Source: an uncultured Hormoscilla sp.
GTDB taxonomy: Bacteria > Cyanobacteriota > Cyanobacteriia > Cyanobacteriales > Desertifilaceae
Direction of reading: 5' to 3'
Length of the DNA stretch: 64,000 bases
Assembly: GCA_963921275.4 (NCBI GenBank)
Contig: OZ001293.3
Span: 4,704,001-4,768,000 of the forward strand
Position numbers and translations under genes: made by a program. Below, in pieces: positions 10,551 to 21,180 of the stretch. The notes beneath the pieces are model-generated. The model saw only the letters and a list, made by a program, of their open reading frames with translations. It did not search any database and was not told the origin of the DNA. The first letter of the stretch is position 1. Every line of letters begins with the position of its first letter.

Positions 10551-12130
10551 TCTCATCTAATTTGTCTGGGGATCCTACTTCCGGCTGCGTGACGGCAAGT
10601 TATCCGATTTCCAGATAATTGCCGTCACGCCAAGATAACTAATAGGGCAGAAAAAGCTCAGATAGGGATATGGGTGCATCTCAATGCATGCGCTTTGGCA
10701 ATAATTATCGCTAATTGCTAATTGCTCCCTTGCATTTAGTAAACTTGAAAGTCTCGCACAGAGCTAGTTTTCTCAATCTATAAATAATGATATCGTGATG
10801 ATCTATAATCGGCAATATAAAATCTCAAATAATATTATTTATTTTCTGCAAATCACCAGATGCTCCCTTCCTCTACAGTCCACAAGCGTATTTTTGTTGC
10901 TGTCATCGAATTATCATCCTTTGTTTGCACATAAATGCGATCGCTCGTTTCCTATAGGATATCATATCATGGTATAGCAAGTCTAAATCATTTGTGCAAA
11001 CATTTTGGGGTATAGCGCGAGTTTCCCGCTCCCCTCTCCCTGCTCCCTGCTCTGAGCTTATTGCACGACTCCTGCACGACTCACTATAGCTATATTAGGG
11101 GGCGGTTTCAGGACAATTATATTGATGACCGCTCTCCCGAGGGGAAAGGTGAGTGTATTCTGGGTAGTGGGAGTATGATGTCTCCCGGGAGACATCATAC
11201 TCCCAGAATACACCGAGAGGGAGTATGTCCAGAGTAGTATAATAGATAAGGCAAGCAAAAACTTTGAAAATAACCTCCTGTCGAACCCGCGCATAACTGA
11301 ATAATTACTGACTCCCATGGCAGAACATCTTGATGCTATACTAGAGCAGCAAGCTCTTCCCCTACTAATGCAAGCAGGTGAAAGAGCAATGCTAGCTCGA
11401 CTGCGCTCTGGCAATATCACCAGACATGATATTGAGTTCTATGTTTCGACGAACGGGGGACTAAAAAAGCCCAGAAAGAAGCAATACAGTTCCGAGGAGT
11501 TACCGAAAGGGATTTATTTCATCCCGACCTTATCCGCCAAGATCCAGAATTGTTTCCTGATAATTGAAGAGAGGAATAATCAATTAAAAATTAATAATTA
11601 ATAATTATCAAATTGAAAATAAGGCTCTCAGCTTTTCGACCTATGCAATTTAAATGCGCGACAGCTTATGAGTTTTGCTCACCTGAGACTTAACAACATC
11701 AAACAGGAGCAATCCTTAGTAGAATACCTCGTCGAGTCTTTTGACTTTAGGAAATGGGAAGAAATTGGCAAGCTTGAAATCGCTGGCAAAAAAATCTAAT
11801 TTTCGACCAGCAAAGATATGGAGCGATCACGCGCTCTTCCCCCCAGAAATATACGGTCTGGATGAAACGAGAACAGATTATTAAATCAAAATATCGAGAT
11901 TACGGTTGGGATCCATCATTGGGCAGTATCGTTTATTAAGCAAGATTCATTTCCAGAATATCATCCCTCCTCTTTCTTTCCCACTCGAAATCCCAAGAAT
12001 ATAGTAACAGATAAAGTAGAGAAAAAGCGAGCGATTGCCTATTAATTTTTGACAACAGCTATTAGGATGGGGCGGTTTCAGGACAATTGACGATCGCCCT
12101 GGTAAGAGCGGTAGTTTATTATCCTGAGGA

Positions 12131-12231
12131 AAGGTAAGGACTAAAGTCCTTACTACGAACGATTTGCTTCGATGCCTCCCGAGGGAAGGTAAGGACTTTA
12201 GTCCTTACTACGAACGATTTGCTTCGATGCC
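12131..12231. repeat. Two copies of a REP-like palindrome GTAAGGACT(A/T)(A/T)AGTCCTTACTACGAAC
   Basis: Direct repeats near 12135 and 12189; related copies near 12976, 48801 and 36105. Confidence 0.75.
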
Positions 12232-12813
12232 ACTTTTAATAATCCCGATTATTTTCCCCACCTGATTGATAAAATACTCCTGCAAGTCAATGGTAATTAC
12301 TTGTTCTTCTAGTTTCATAAACTTCCAGACACTGCCAGTTGTGACTACTTAGACTGTCTTGATGTTATTCTCTTTCCCCTGATTAAACAATTGAGCAGCA
12401 ATCATTTCTGCCATACATTGTGCTAATCCTGATTCAATTTTATCATTTTTAGCTTCCACTATCGTAACTACGGGAGCTTCAATGAATAGTTGTTCGGGAG
12501 ACATGCTAATTAAAAAATCACAAAATCCACTCAAACCTTTTTCTGTATCTACTTCAAAATCATTACCGGAAAATAAGCTAACAGCTTCCGATAACAGCTT
12601 TCTAATTTATATTAAAATTGGCGTAACGATCATCTCAGATAGGGCTTTCTCAAAAGCAATAGATAAGGCCAAAGGTATATTATACCGGAGCGTTTCAGTC
12701 AAGTAATTACTGTACTTAACTTCTGGAAAATTGGCAAAAATGCCCGCAGTTTCCACAATGGTGATTCCGAAAGTTGTCTTGAGGCTTTCTAGGGTGAATT
12801 GACTGTAGGACAT
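12232..12813 (-). pseudogene. Conserved cyanobacterial restriction-endonuclease-like protein, disrupted
   Basis: Pieces MSYSQFTL...SEMIVTPILI, GFCDFLIS...IVEAKND...QCMAEMIAAQ and VTTGSVWKF are separated by a frameshift and a stop. Confidence 0.7.
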
Positions 12814-13031
12814 AAAATTTGAGACTCTTTTGATATCATCTTGACCATATTATAGCTGAAAATCTTATCCCCTTCGATGTCCCCCAGAGGGGACGCGCTA
12901 TTCGCACTGCGCAGAGCACATCGCAGAGACATCGGGATCTCCTAACAGGGGAATGTCCTTAATAAGAAGGCCCGGGTAAGGACTTTAGTCCTTACTACGA
13001 ACGGACGATATTCTCTATTTTCTATTCTCAA

Positions 13032-14069
13032 TTAACACATGGCCAGCAGAGTCACTTCCCAAACAAGTCGGGGTTGAGCATAACTGAGCAGGTATTTGCG
13101 AGCTGTTTCAAGCTGTTGCAGGACATCTGATCGCGTAGCGTGCGCGCAGCGCAATCGACAGTCCTGTTGCCAGTAGCTATGCTGTAAATAATCAACTAAC
13201 CAGAGTTGAGCTTCTGTGTCAAGGTTTTGGTTAATTTCCTTTGCTAATTCTAAAGCATCTCGGAGAGTATTGGGCGGTGTCTCGTGGGTAGTGCGATCGT
13301 GCAGGACACGTAGCCCGGTGCGCGCAGTGCGAGTAGCGCTCCCACGAGACACCGGAAGATGGCGCAGTCGGGATAGCAGTTCTGCTGGTATAGCCTGGAG
13401 TTGGGCAAAACAGGCGATCGCCTCTCCAGGACTCCCCTGTGCCATTGCCATTATCTGGTCTTGCTGTAAGATCTCTTCATAACCCAATTGTCGCAATATT
13501 TGACTCATTTGTGCTTTAGGGAGCCGATAAAAAGGAATTCTAGCACATCGCGATCGAATTGTCGGCAATAAGTCAGACGAGGCTAGCAAAATGATGGTAG
13601 CACTTCCTGGTTCTTCCAATGTTTTGAGTAAACTATTAGCAGCTGCTTCTGCCATTGTGGGAGCTTGTTCTATTACTACCACATGTCGCGGTGCTTTTAG
13701 AGGCGATCGGCTGATAAAACTGGCAATTTCTCGCACTTGCTCAATTCTAATCTGGGGAAGCGCTTTCCGTTTTAAACCCGCAGCAGCAGCTTCTTGAGCA
13801 GACAATAGTTGACCCTGATGCTGATAGGTTGGTTCCACCCACAATACATCAGGATGATTGCCATCTCGTACAAGTTTCTGGATTTTGGTATGCTCTGAAC
13901 TGGGAGCACGATCGCAAAACATGGCTTCGATAAAACACTTGACTGCTATACTCTTGCCCACACCATCGGGACCCGCAAATAAATAAGCTGGGGCCAGGCG
14001 CTGACGGGCGATCGCTTCCCTTAAAAACTTTACCGCCTGTTCTTGCCCGATCACTCTCTCAAAAGGCAT
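13032..14069 (-). CDS. holB: DNA polymerase III subunit delta', with two in-frame repeat insertions
   Basis: AYLFAGPDGVGK, NHPDVLWVEP, AANSLLKTLEEP, LLPTIRSRC. Confidence 0.92.
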   Translation of the reverse strand: MPFERVIGQEQAVKFLREAIARQRLAPAYLFAGPDGVGKSIAVKCFIEAMFCDRAPSSEHTKIQKLVRDGNHPDVLWVEPTYQHQGQLLSAQEAAAAGLKRKALPQIRIEQVREIASFISRSPLKAPRHVVVIEQAPTMAEAAANSLLKTLEEPGSATIILLASSDLLPTIRSRCARIPFYRLPKAQMSQILRQLGYEEILQQDQIMAMAQGSPGEAIACFAQLQAIPAELLSRLRHLPVSRGSATRTARTGLRVLHDRTTHETPPNTLRDALELAKEINQNLDTEAQLWLVDYLQHSYWQQDCRLRCAHATRSDVLQQLETARKYLLSYAQPRLVWEVTLLAMC

Positions 14070-14103
14070 AATTTTTCATTTTGTTCTTGTAAATTTTTAA
14101 TTT

Positions 14104-14871
14104 TTAATTTTCGATAATTTGCCATTTAGTTAAGTATTCTGTTATAATGGTTTGGATATGGGCTTGGACTTGGGACTGGGAACCGCTAGCATCAACTCGG
14201 ATAATGCGATCTTGTTCTTTTGCCAATTGAGCAAATCCCCGATATACTCGGCGGTGAAACTCCAAATCAGCTTGCTCCATCCGGTCAGCTTTACCCCGTT
14301 GGCGCGTCCTCAAAAGACCCACCTCCACATCTAAATCTAACCACAAAGTTAGATCGCTGTGCAGACCAAAGCTAGCCATTTGATTGAGTTGCTCGATTTT
14401 ACTCAGACTCAGACCGCGACCATAACCCTGATAGGCTAGAGTCGAATCAGTGAAGCGATCGCACAAAACGATCGTCCCCTTCGCCATCTGAGGCTTGATG
14501 AATTCTTCAACATGTTGAGCTCTGTCGGCTGCATATAACAACAGTTCTGTCATCCCTCCTAGGTCAGAGTCGATGTCTCTGCGATGTGCTCTGCGCGCGC
14601 TATTCGCACTGCGCAGAGCACATCGGGGGTAGTGCGAATTCGGTGTCCCCCCTTTTGTGCTCCTAGCGCTCTCGGGGGACACCGAAAGCTTTTTAGAGAC
14701 ATCGAAGGCGAGCAAAATCTGGCGCAGTTTCTCTCCTAAGGGCGTACCTCCAGGTTCTCTGGTGACCGCAACGCGATCGGTCCGGCAGCGCAACCACTGG
14801 TACAGCAGCTGGATCTGAGTTGTCTTACCACTACCTTCGGTTCCCTCAAAGACGATCAGTTTTCCCTGCAT
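14104..14871 (-). CDS. tmk: Thymidylate kinase, with an in-frame insertion of about 45 aa
   Basis: IVFEGTEGSGKTTQ, TREPGGT, ELLLYAADRAQH, LCDRFTDSTLAYQGYGRG. Confidence 0.93.
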   Translation of the reverse strand: MQGKLIVFEGTEGSGKTTQIQLLYQWLRCRTDRVAVTREPGGTPLGEKLRQILLAFDVSKKLSVSPESARSTKGGTPNSHYPRCALRSANSARRAHRRDIDSDLGGMTELLLYAADRAQHVEEFIKPQMAKGTIVLCDRFTDSTLAYQGYGRGLSLSKIEQLNQMASFGLHSDLTLWLDLDVEVGLLRTRQRGKADRMEQADLEFHRRVYRGFAQLAKEQDRIIRVDASGSQSQVQAHIQTIITEYLTKWQIIEN

Positions 14872-14961
14872 TTATAATTATATGGTAATTTCTCCGGTTG
14901 AGTCTTGGTGCGGCCATAGTTATCATAAAAGAGTCGCACTGTCGAGGTCTTTGAATTTTAT

Positions 14962-15308
14962 ATGGCTCGGTACACTTGTTCTTTCACTGTTGCGCTTCCT
15001 GCCGATCATCTCCAGCAGTCTTTGAGTGAGATTCTGGAGTCCTGTAACTTCGAGGTTGTCTACGACAAAGTCGACTATATCAGGGTCGTGAGTTCCCCGG
15101 TCAAGTCTCCTTTACCAAGCTAGTGGAAGTAGAATTTCTGATTGACAGCACCACTGCTACCGAAACGGAACTGAAATTCAATTTAGTCATGAAAAACGAC
15201 GAACTGGCCCTAAAACTGGACAACCACTGTCGGCAAATGTTCGATCGCCTGACTAGGGCAATCGCCGACTCCAACCATTTGCAGCTGATTGAAACTGCGG
15301 TGGGATAG
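14962..15308 (+). pseudogene. Conserved cyanobacterial hypothetical protein, frameshifted
   Basis: MARYTCSFTVA start; C-terminal part VEVEFLID...VMKNDELAL lies in another frame. Confidence 0.55.
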
Positions 15309-15427
15309 ATTTGGGTGCATGTCAGTTGTCAGTTATCAGTTGTTAGTTGTACATTTTGAATTTTGAATGAGAGAATTTTGAGCAGTGCTAATGGTATGTT
15401 AGCAATCAGCCTGTTTATCATCAGACA

Positions 15428-15787
15428 TCATGCTGGGACTGATCGGAGTGATATCGAACTCATCGGCTGGGCTGCTAGCAACTGATTCAGTAAGTAATAG
15501 ATGGCACGCACCTGCGGTCCAAATACAATCTCATCGGAATTTTGCAGGTCATGAGTTACCAGTTTCCGACTGTTAATCAAGATGCCATTAGCACTGCTTT
15601 TCCCTTTCAAATTGCCATCCACTATCCGGCAGTAATAGCTTCCATCTTCATGGGGAAGCAGTACCAAGGTAGCATGTCGCGGGGGAGACAAACTGAGAAA
15701 CGAAGCGGATATCACATTGTGCATCTCTGCTAATTGAGTATACAGGGGATGAGAGCGTAAATTCCCGCTTCCCTTTGTCGTCTTCAA
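15428..15787 (-). pseudogene. FHA-domain protein remnant
   Basis: RHATLV...IVDGNLKGKSSANGILIN...HDLQNSDEIVFG. Confidence 0.65.
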
Positions 15788-15914
15788 TAATCAGTTTATG
15801 AGTTTGCTGTGCTGATGAAGCCATTGTCAGGATGTTTCAGGAATTGTTCTAGATCAACAAAAGTGGCGACATCCTCTCTCACGATCGCGAAAGTGGCTGT
15901 TTTTCCCCATACTG

Positions 15915-17720
15915 CTATTTTAGCATTCCCATCGAGAGCCGCACTTCTGCTATTACCTCGTCCGATGTTATTCCGATGGATCTGGCGATCGTATTTGCTG
16001 TCTTTTGTCTATCTCCTGTGAGCATTTTCACTTTTAATCCCATCTGCCGCAACTCTTCTATTGTTGTTTTGGCATCTGGCCTTAGTTGGTCCCTTACTGC
16101 TATCAATCCCCCTATTCTACCCTCTACTGCTACATATACTATTGTTTTACTCAACTCTGCCCAGCCTTGGGCCATTTTTTCCTCTTTTTTAACATCAATC
16201 TCATGCTTTGTCAAGCATTCTCTAGTTCCCAGAAGCACCAATTGACCATCCACCCAAGCCGATACTCCCAGTCCCGATACTGTGCAAAAGTCCTGGGCTC
16301 TTGGGATGGGCAAGTCTTGGGCGATCGCGGCTTGGGTGATGGCCTGAGCCAAAGGATAATTGCTGCCAGTTTCTACCGCTGCTGCTATTTGTAACAGAGA
16401 TTGTCGATCGTAGCCTGTACCAATGGGTAGAGAATCTGTGACAGTAGGCTTTCCAGTAGTGAGGGTGCCAGTTTTATCGAACGCCACTAGATCCAGCTGA
16501 TGAACCAGTTCCAGCACGTCACCCCCCTTGATTAAAATTTCCCGTTGGGCTCCCAGGCCAGTACCCACCAGGATCGCCGTCGGAGTGGCCAGTCCTAAAG
16601 CACAGGGACAGGCCACCACCAAAACCGCGATCGCTAGCTTTAAGCTCAACAACAGGGGAGTTTGATGAATCAGCTGGTGATGTCCCATTGTTGGCATCAA
16701 GACATGAGGCCAGATCTGAGTTCCCACAAAATACCAGAACCCGAAAGTCAGTGCTGCCACTGTCATCACTCCATAAGCAAAGTATCCAGCTACCCTATCT
16801 GCCAATTGCTGCACGGGGGCCTTTCTTGTTTGCGCCTCTTCTACCAGGGCGATAATCTGAGCCACAGTAGTATTTTGACCAGTACGGGTGGCCCGCATGG
16901 CAATTACTCCCGACTGGTTCATGGTTCCTGCTGCCACTGCATCTCCCGGTTTTTTTCCTACGGGGACCGATTCTCCCGTGAGCATTGATTCATCTACCGC
17001 AGTTTCTCCCGCCACCACTAACCCATCGGAGGGTATGTTTTCCCCTGGCAACACCCGCAAATACTCACCTACTTTCACATCAAAAGCGGGAATGTCTACT
17101 GATTTTTGGATCTCACCAGTTTCGCTAGGAATCAGATGTGTTATTTTCGGTCTGAGTGCTAGCAAGGATTTTAAGGAAACTGCTGCCTGAGTTTTCGCCT
17201 GTTGTTCCAGGGTACGTCCCAGAAGAATGAAACCCAGCAGCATCACCGGTTCATCAAAGAAGCATTCCCAACCCAGTTGGGGGAATAGCAAGGCTATGCA
17301 GCTAGCCATGTAAGCAGATAGAGTACCCAAACCCACCAGGGTATTCATATTGGGGGCATTTTGCCAGAGTCCCCGCCAGCCATCTATTAATATAGTACGT
17401 CCGGGCAGCAGCAAGGCCAAGGTTGCCAGTCCCCAGTGAAACCAGATATTACTCAGAACAGAGGCATGACCAAAGAAATGACCCATCCTCGATAGGAGGA
17501 TTAGCAAGCCAGCAATTACTAGATTTTTAATTTGTTGCCGAATTTATTCCCGCTGTTGCTGGTCATCCTGGGTTCGGTGTTAATGGGGAGAACGGGGCTG
17601 AGTGGGAAAACCCGCCTTTGTCAACTGCGCTGCCAGGGCCGTGCGATCGACTGTGCCCGCTGCACATTCCACTGCTGCCACAGCTGTTACCAGATTTACA
17701 CAAGCGGAAGATGAGACTTG
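15915..17720 (-). pseudogene. Heavy-metal (Cu) P1B-type ATPase, truncated
   Basis: TGES, CPCALGLATP, DKTGTLT and MLTGD are present; GDGIND and final TM helices are missing; the HMA remnant is in another frame near 17580-17720. Confidence 0.85.
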
Positions 17721-17880
17721 GTAGAGGGGGAAGACAGGTAGACAAAAAAGATTCTTCAACGAAAGAATAAGCAATTCACTCCCTTGTCTACTTTCCCTCC
17801 TTGTCCCCCAAGTCTTGTCCCAACAGAAAAGTAAAAAACCTACCCCTGTGAGCAGCCCCCAGCTCCCTAAAGCTTAGATC

Positions 17881-18374
17881 GGGTGTGGTCAAAACCCGTT
17901 GGTACACGGCTGGCGCCCCCAGCGTAGCGCCATCGGCCTCGTCGTCCGAACCCGTGCATGGTCCGGCTACTCCGCAACATTGTCCGCCTGCGCGGGCTAT
18001 ATTACATGCATCATCGATGCACCCGACTATCAACTACTTGTGACCGCACCCAATCTAACCGGTGCCCCACTGTTAGGATTTTAAACCTCTCGGTTGGGGT
18101 TTTAAACCTCGATTTTGGAGTTTTAAACCTCGATTTTAAAGTTTTAAACTTTGATTTTGAGGTTTTAAACCTTGATTTTATAATTTTAAACCTTGATTTT
18201 ATGGTTTTAAACCTCGATTTTTGGGTTTTAAACCTTTCGGTTAATGTTTTAAACCTCTCGGTTGGGGTTTTAAACCTTTCGGTTGAGGTTTTAAGTGGTC
18301 TTGCGCCCGTTAGCAACCGTTCACCGTTTTCTGTGAAGAGTTCCCCACTAATACAACTACTTTTGACCACACCA
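17881..18374. mobile_element. MITE-like composite with GGGTGTGGTCAAAA ends and a 21-bp tandem array
   Basis: Left end GGGTGTGGTCAAAA, right end TTTTGACCACACCA; flanks GCTTAGATC and GTTTAGATG (7/9 direct repeat); extra internal end at 18031-18051. Confidence 0.7.
18079..18294. repeat. About 10 degenerate 21-bp tandem repeats (TTTTAAACCTCGATTTTGGAG-like)
   Basis: TTTTAAAC recurs every 21 bp; reads as FKTPTER/LNLDFGV heptads. Confidence 0.9.
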
Positions 18375-18380
18375 GTTTAG

Positions 18381-19070
18381 ATGCACCCCTTGACAACCCT
18401 GAGTGAAAGTATGACTCCGGAGGATAACTTCAAATTTATCAATGCCTATCTGTCTAACATAGAACCGGCGATCGTCGAAAATCAGGGCTTTATTGATAAA
18501 TACATTGGCGATGAGATTATAACATTGTTTAGCGGTGAGGCCGATAATGCTGTTAAAGCTAGTATTGCTATGTTGCACCGCCTGAGAGAATATAATATCA
18601 AAAGGAAAAGACAGGAACAGATTAGAATTGGGATTGAGATTAATACGGGGGATTTGATGCTGGGGACGATCGGGGGTATTTCCCGCATGGATAGTACAGT
18701 GATTAGCGATGCGGTAAATTTAGCCTCTCGCCTGGAAAACCTGACCAAAGAGTATGGAGTGCCCCTGTTGGTCACTCACCAGACTTGTTCGCGCTTGACA
18801 AATCCAGAGCAATATGATATCAGAAAGATAGACAAAGTACGGGTGAAGGGAAAATCAAAATTGGTGACAGTATATGAGGTGTTTGATGCCGATCGCAAGT
18901 GCGATCTCTCAAGTTGGCGACGCTAGATATGTTTACAGAGGCATTGTCAGTTGATAATCAGTATAATCTCAGTGAAGCGAAATCCTTATTCTCTGATTCC
19001 CTCCGCCATAACCCAGGGGATAAAGTAGCTCAACTTTATCTGCAACGCTGCTGTCAACGGGAGATTGGTG
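18381..19070 (+). pseudogene. Adenylate/guanylate cyclase catalytic-domain remnant
   Basis: FIDKYIGD, RIGIEINTG, ISDAVNLASRLE, VRVKGK; N-terminus missing and frameshift near 18900. Confidence 0.8.
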
Positions 19071-19157
19071 AATGTTAGTTGTGGGTGGTCAGTGGTTAGT
19101 GGTCAGTAGTTAGTAGTCAGTAGTAAATTTTTGATTAAGAATTGTCAGCAATTAGCA

Positions 19158-20765
19158 ATGAACAGAAGAATCACAACAGCAATAATTGGCACGGCAGCAA
19201 TGGCGGCGATCGTGGTGCCAGCGATCGCCTCAATTCCCGATGTGAACGGGACGATCGCAGAGATTACAGTCCGTATAGATGGATACAGAAGGAGAGGCAG
19301 TGGTGTCATAGCTTACAAAAAAGGTAACACTTACTACGTGCTGACCAACACTCATGTAGTAAACCTTCCGGAAACCTACACCATTGTCACAGAAAATGGC
19401 ACCCGTTATTCTGTAGATTCAGGGGACATCCTGTATATGCCCGGAGTAGATTTAGCAGTATTGCCTTTCACTAGCAATGCGGAGTACGGAGTGGCCCAGC
19501 TAGGAGATTCAGATCGCCTGCAAAAGGGAGAAGTAATTCACGTAGCAGGATGGCCCCGATCGGGAGGTTCTTTGCGACAGCGGATATTTATTCACACAGA
19601 AGGGAAATTAACTCAAGGGGGGGCAGCTTTAAGCTATACTAATCTGGTAAGAGCGGGAATGAGTGGCGGTCCGATATTAGACAGTCAGTCAAGGTTAATA
19701 GGCATTAATCGCCTGGTCAGATTAGAGGGTGACACAGATAAAATAGTGGCATCGGGAGTAGCGATTAACAGTTTTTTGAACTGGTGGCAAACGGTACCCC
19801 TGGGGCCAGAACCGACAGTGCCCGCAAATGCTAATGTGACAGGCCCGAACTGGGGAACGGGTGGGGTAGACTTTGCTTTAGCTCAGACCATCGAAGGGGA
19901 AAATGGCTCGATAAGTTCGGTAGCTATTAGTAGCGCCAATGCAGGGCCGGGACAGTTGGTGGCTAGTGGGAATAGTGATGGGAGAATATCGGTGTGGAAT
20001 CTGGCGGACGGGAAATTAATCGCTACTCTGCGGGGTCATGAAAAACCAGTGAATGCTGTAGTAATTAGCCCCGATGGGAAGATGCTAGTCAGTGGCAGTG
20101 ACGATAATACCATAAAAATTTGGAATATGTCCAGTTGGGAACTAAAACGCAGTCTCATAGGACATGCATTGGCAGTGTCGGCCCTGGCGATCGCCCCAGA
20201 TGGTCAAACACTGGTGTCGGGCAGTTGGGACAAAACCATCAAGATTTGGCATCTGACTACAGGGGAGTTGCAAGAGACGATCGCAGGACATTCAGCATTG
20301 GTGAGTGCTTTGACCATAAGTCCGGATGGACGGATTTTAGCCAGTGGGTCTCAGGATAAAACGATCCGCCTGTGGCATCTGCAAACAGCTCAACCCCTGG
20401 ACATCCTGAGAGGACATGGACTGTCCGTGTTAAGTATAGCCATAAGTACAGATGGCCAAACATTAGCCAGTGGCAGCGGGGACGGGACGATCGGGATATG
20501 GAATTTGAGCAAAGGAGAGAGAATCACTACATTGAGAGGGCATACAGATGGGGTTTGGTCTGTTAAAATCAGCCCAGATGGTCGCACAGCGATCAGTGGG
20601 AGCTGGGATAGGTCGATCAAGCTGTGGGATCTGAGCACTATGAGATTGAAGAGGACTCTGGAGGCCCATTCAGGTTATATTAATTCGGTAGCCCTGAGTG
20701 GGGATGGACTCATCCTAGTCAGTGGTGATTGGAATAGTAAAATCAATATTTGGAGAAGAAAGTAA
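19158..20765 (+). CDS. Trypsin-like serine protease domain plus WD40 repeats
   Basis: VLTNTHVV, DLAVL and GMSGGP catalytic motifs; about 7 GH...SGS.D.TIKIW repeats. Confidence 0.9.
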   Translation: MNRRITTAIIGTAAMAAIVVPAIASIPDVNGTIAEITVRIDGYRRRGSGVIAYKKGNTYYVLTNTHVVNLPETYTIVTENGTRYSVDSGDILYMPGVDLAVLPFTSNAEYGVAQLGDSDRLQKGEVIHVAGWPRSGGSLRQRIFIHTEGKLTQGGAALSYTNLVRAGMSGGPILDSQSRLIGINRLVRLEGDTDKIVASGVAINSFLNWWQTVPLGPEPTVPANANVTGPNWGTGGVDFALAQTIEGENGSISSVAISSANAGPGQLVASGNSDGRISVWNLADGKLIATLRGHEKPVNAVVISPDGKMLVSGSDDNTIKIWNMSSWELKRSLIGHALAVSALAIAPDGQTLVSGSWDKTIKIWHLTTGELQETIAGHSALVSALTISPDGRILASGSQDKTIRLWHLQTAQPLDILRGHGLSVLSIAISTDGQTLASGSGDGTIGIWNLSKGERITTLRGHTDGVWSVKISPDGRTAISGSWDRSIKLWDLSTMRLKRTLEAHSGYINSVALSGDGLILVSGDWNSKINIWRRK

Positions 20766-20847
20766 GCAATTGAAAATTGAAAATTGGGAAACCTATTGAA
20801 AAAAAGGCTCTCAGCTTTTATCCTTAGGCAATGAAAATGGGTGACAT

Positions 20848-20997
20848 CCCGCAGCAGAGGTAAGAAGCACCCACCAGATGGCACCAGTCGCAATATTAAG
20901 AAACCCGATGCAAACGGAGAAACCGGGTTTCTGGGCTACTGGTTCAGATGGCCGCAGCAGAGGTGAGAAGCACCCACCAGATGGCACCAGTCGCAAT
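20848..20997. repeat. Two copies of a ~47-bp direct repeat
   Basis: CCGCAGCAGAGGT(A/G)AGAAGCACCCACCAGATGGCACCAGTCGCAATA near 20849 and 20952. Confidence 0.8.
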
Positions 20998-21180
20998 AGC
21001 CCGCCACTAAAGGAAAAGAGGCAAGCTATCAGCTCAGGGTAGGCAAATCCAGCTCAAAGGAGTAAAATAGCAGAGAATGAGGGCAAACGCCTATGGCGAT
21101 TACGGCTCTCCTCACTGCCAAGCACAGGTCTCCAGAGATAGGTTGATTGCAGTCAGCAAAAAAATGGTAGGAAATCAGCG

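Noticed and set aside
11058..11601. Short ORFs in the 10.6-12.1 kb intergenic stretch
   Set aside because: No recognisable motifs; may be remnants but cannot be supported
17958..18380. ORFs with LNLDF/FKT repeats
   Set aside because: Derived from the 21-bp array inside a MITE-like element
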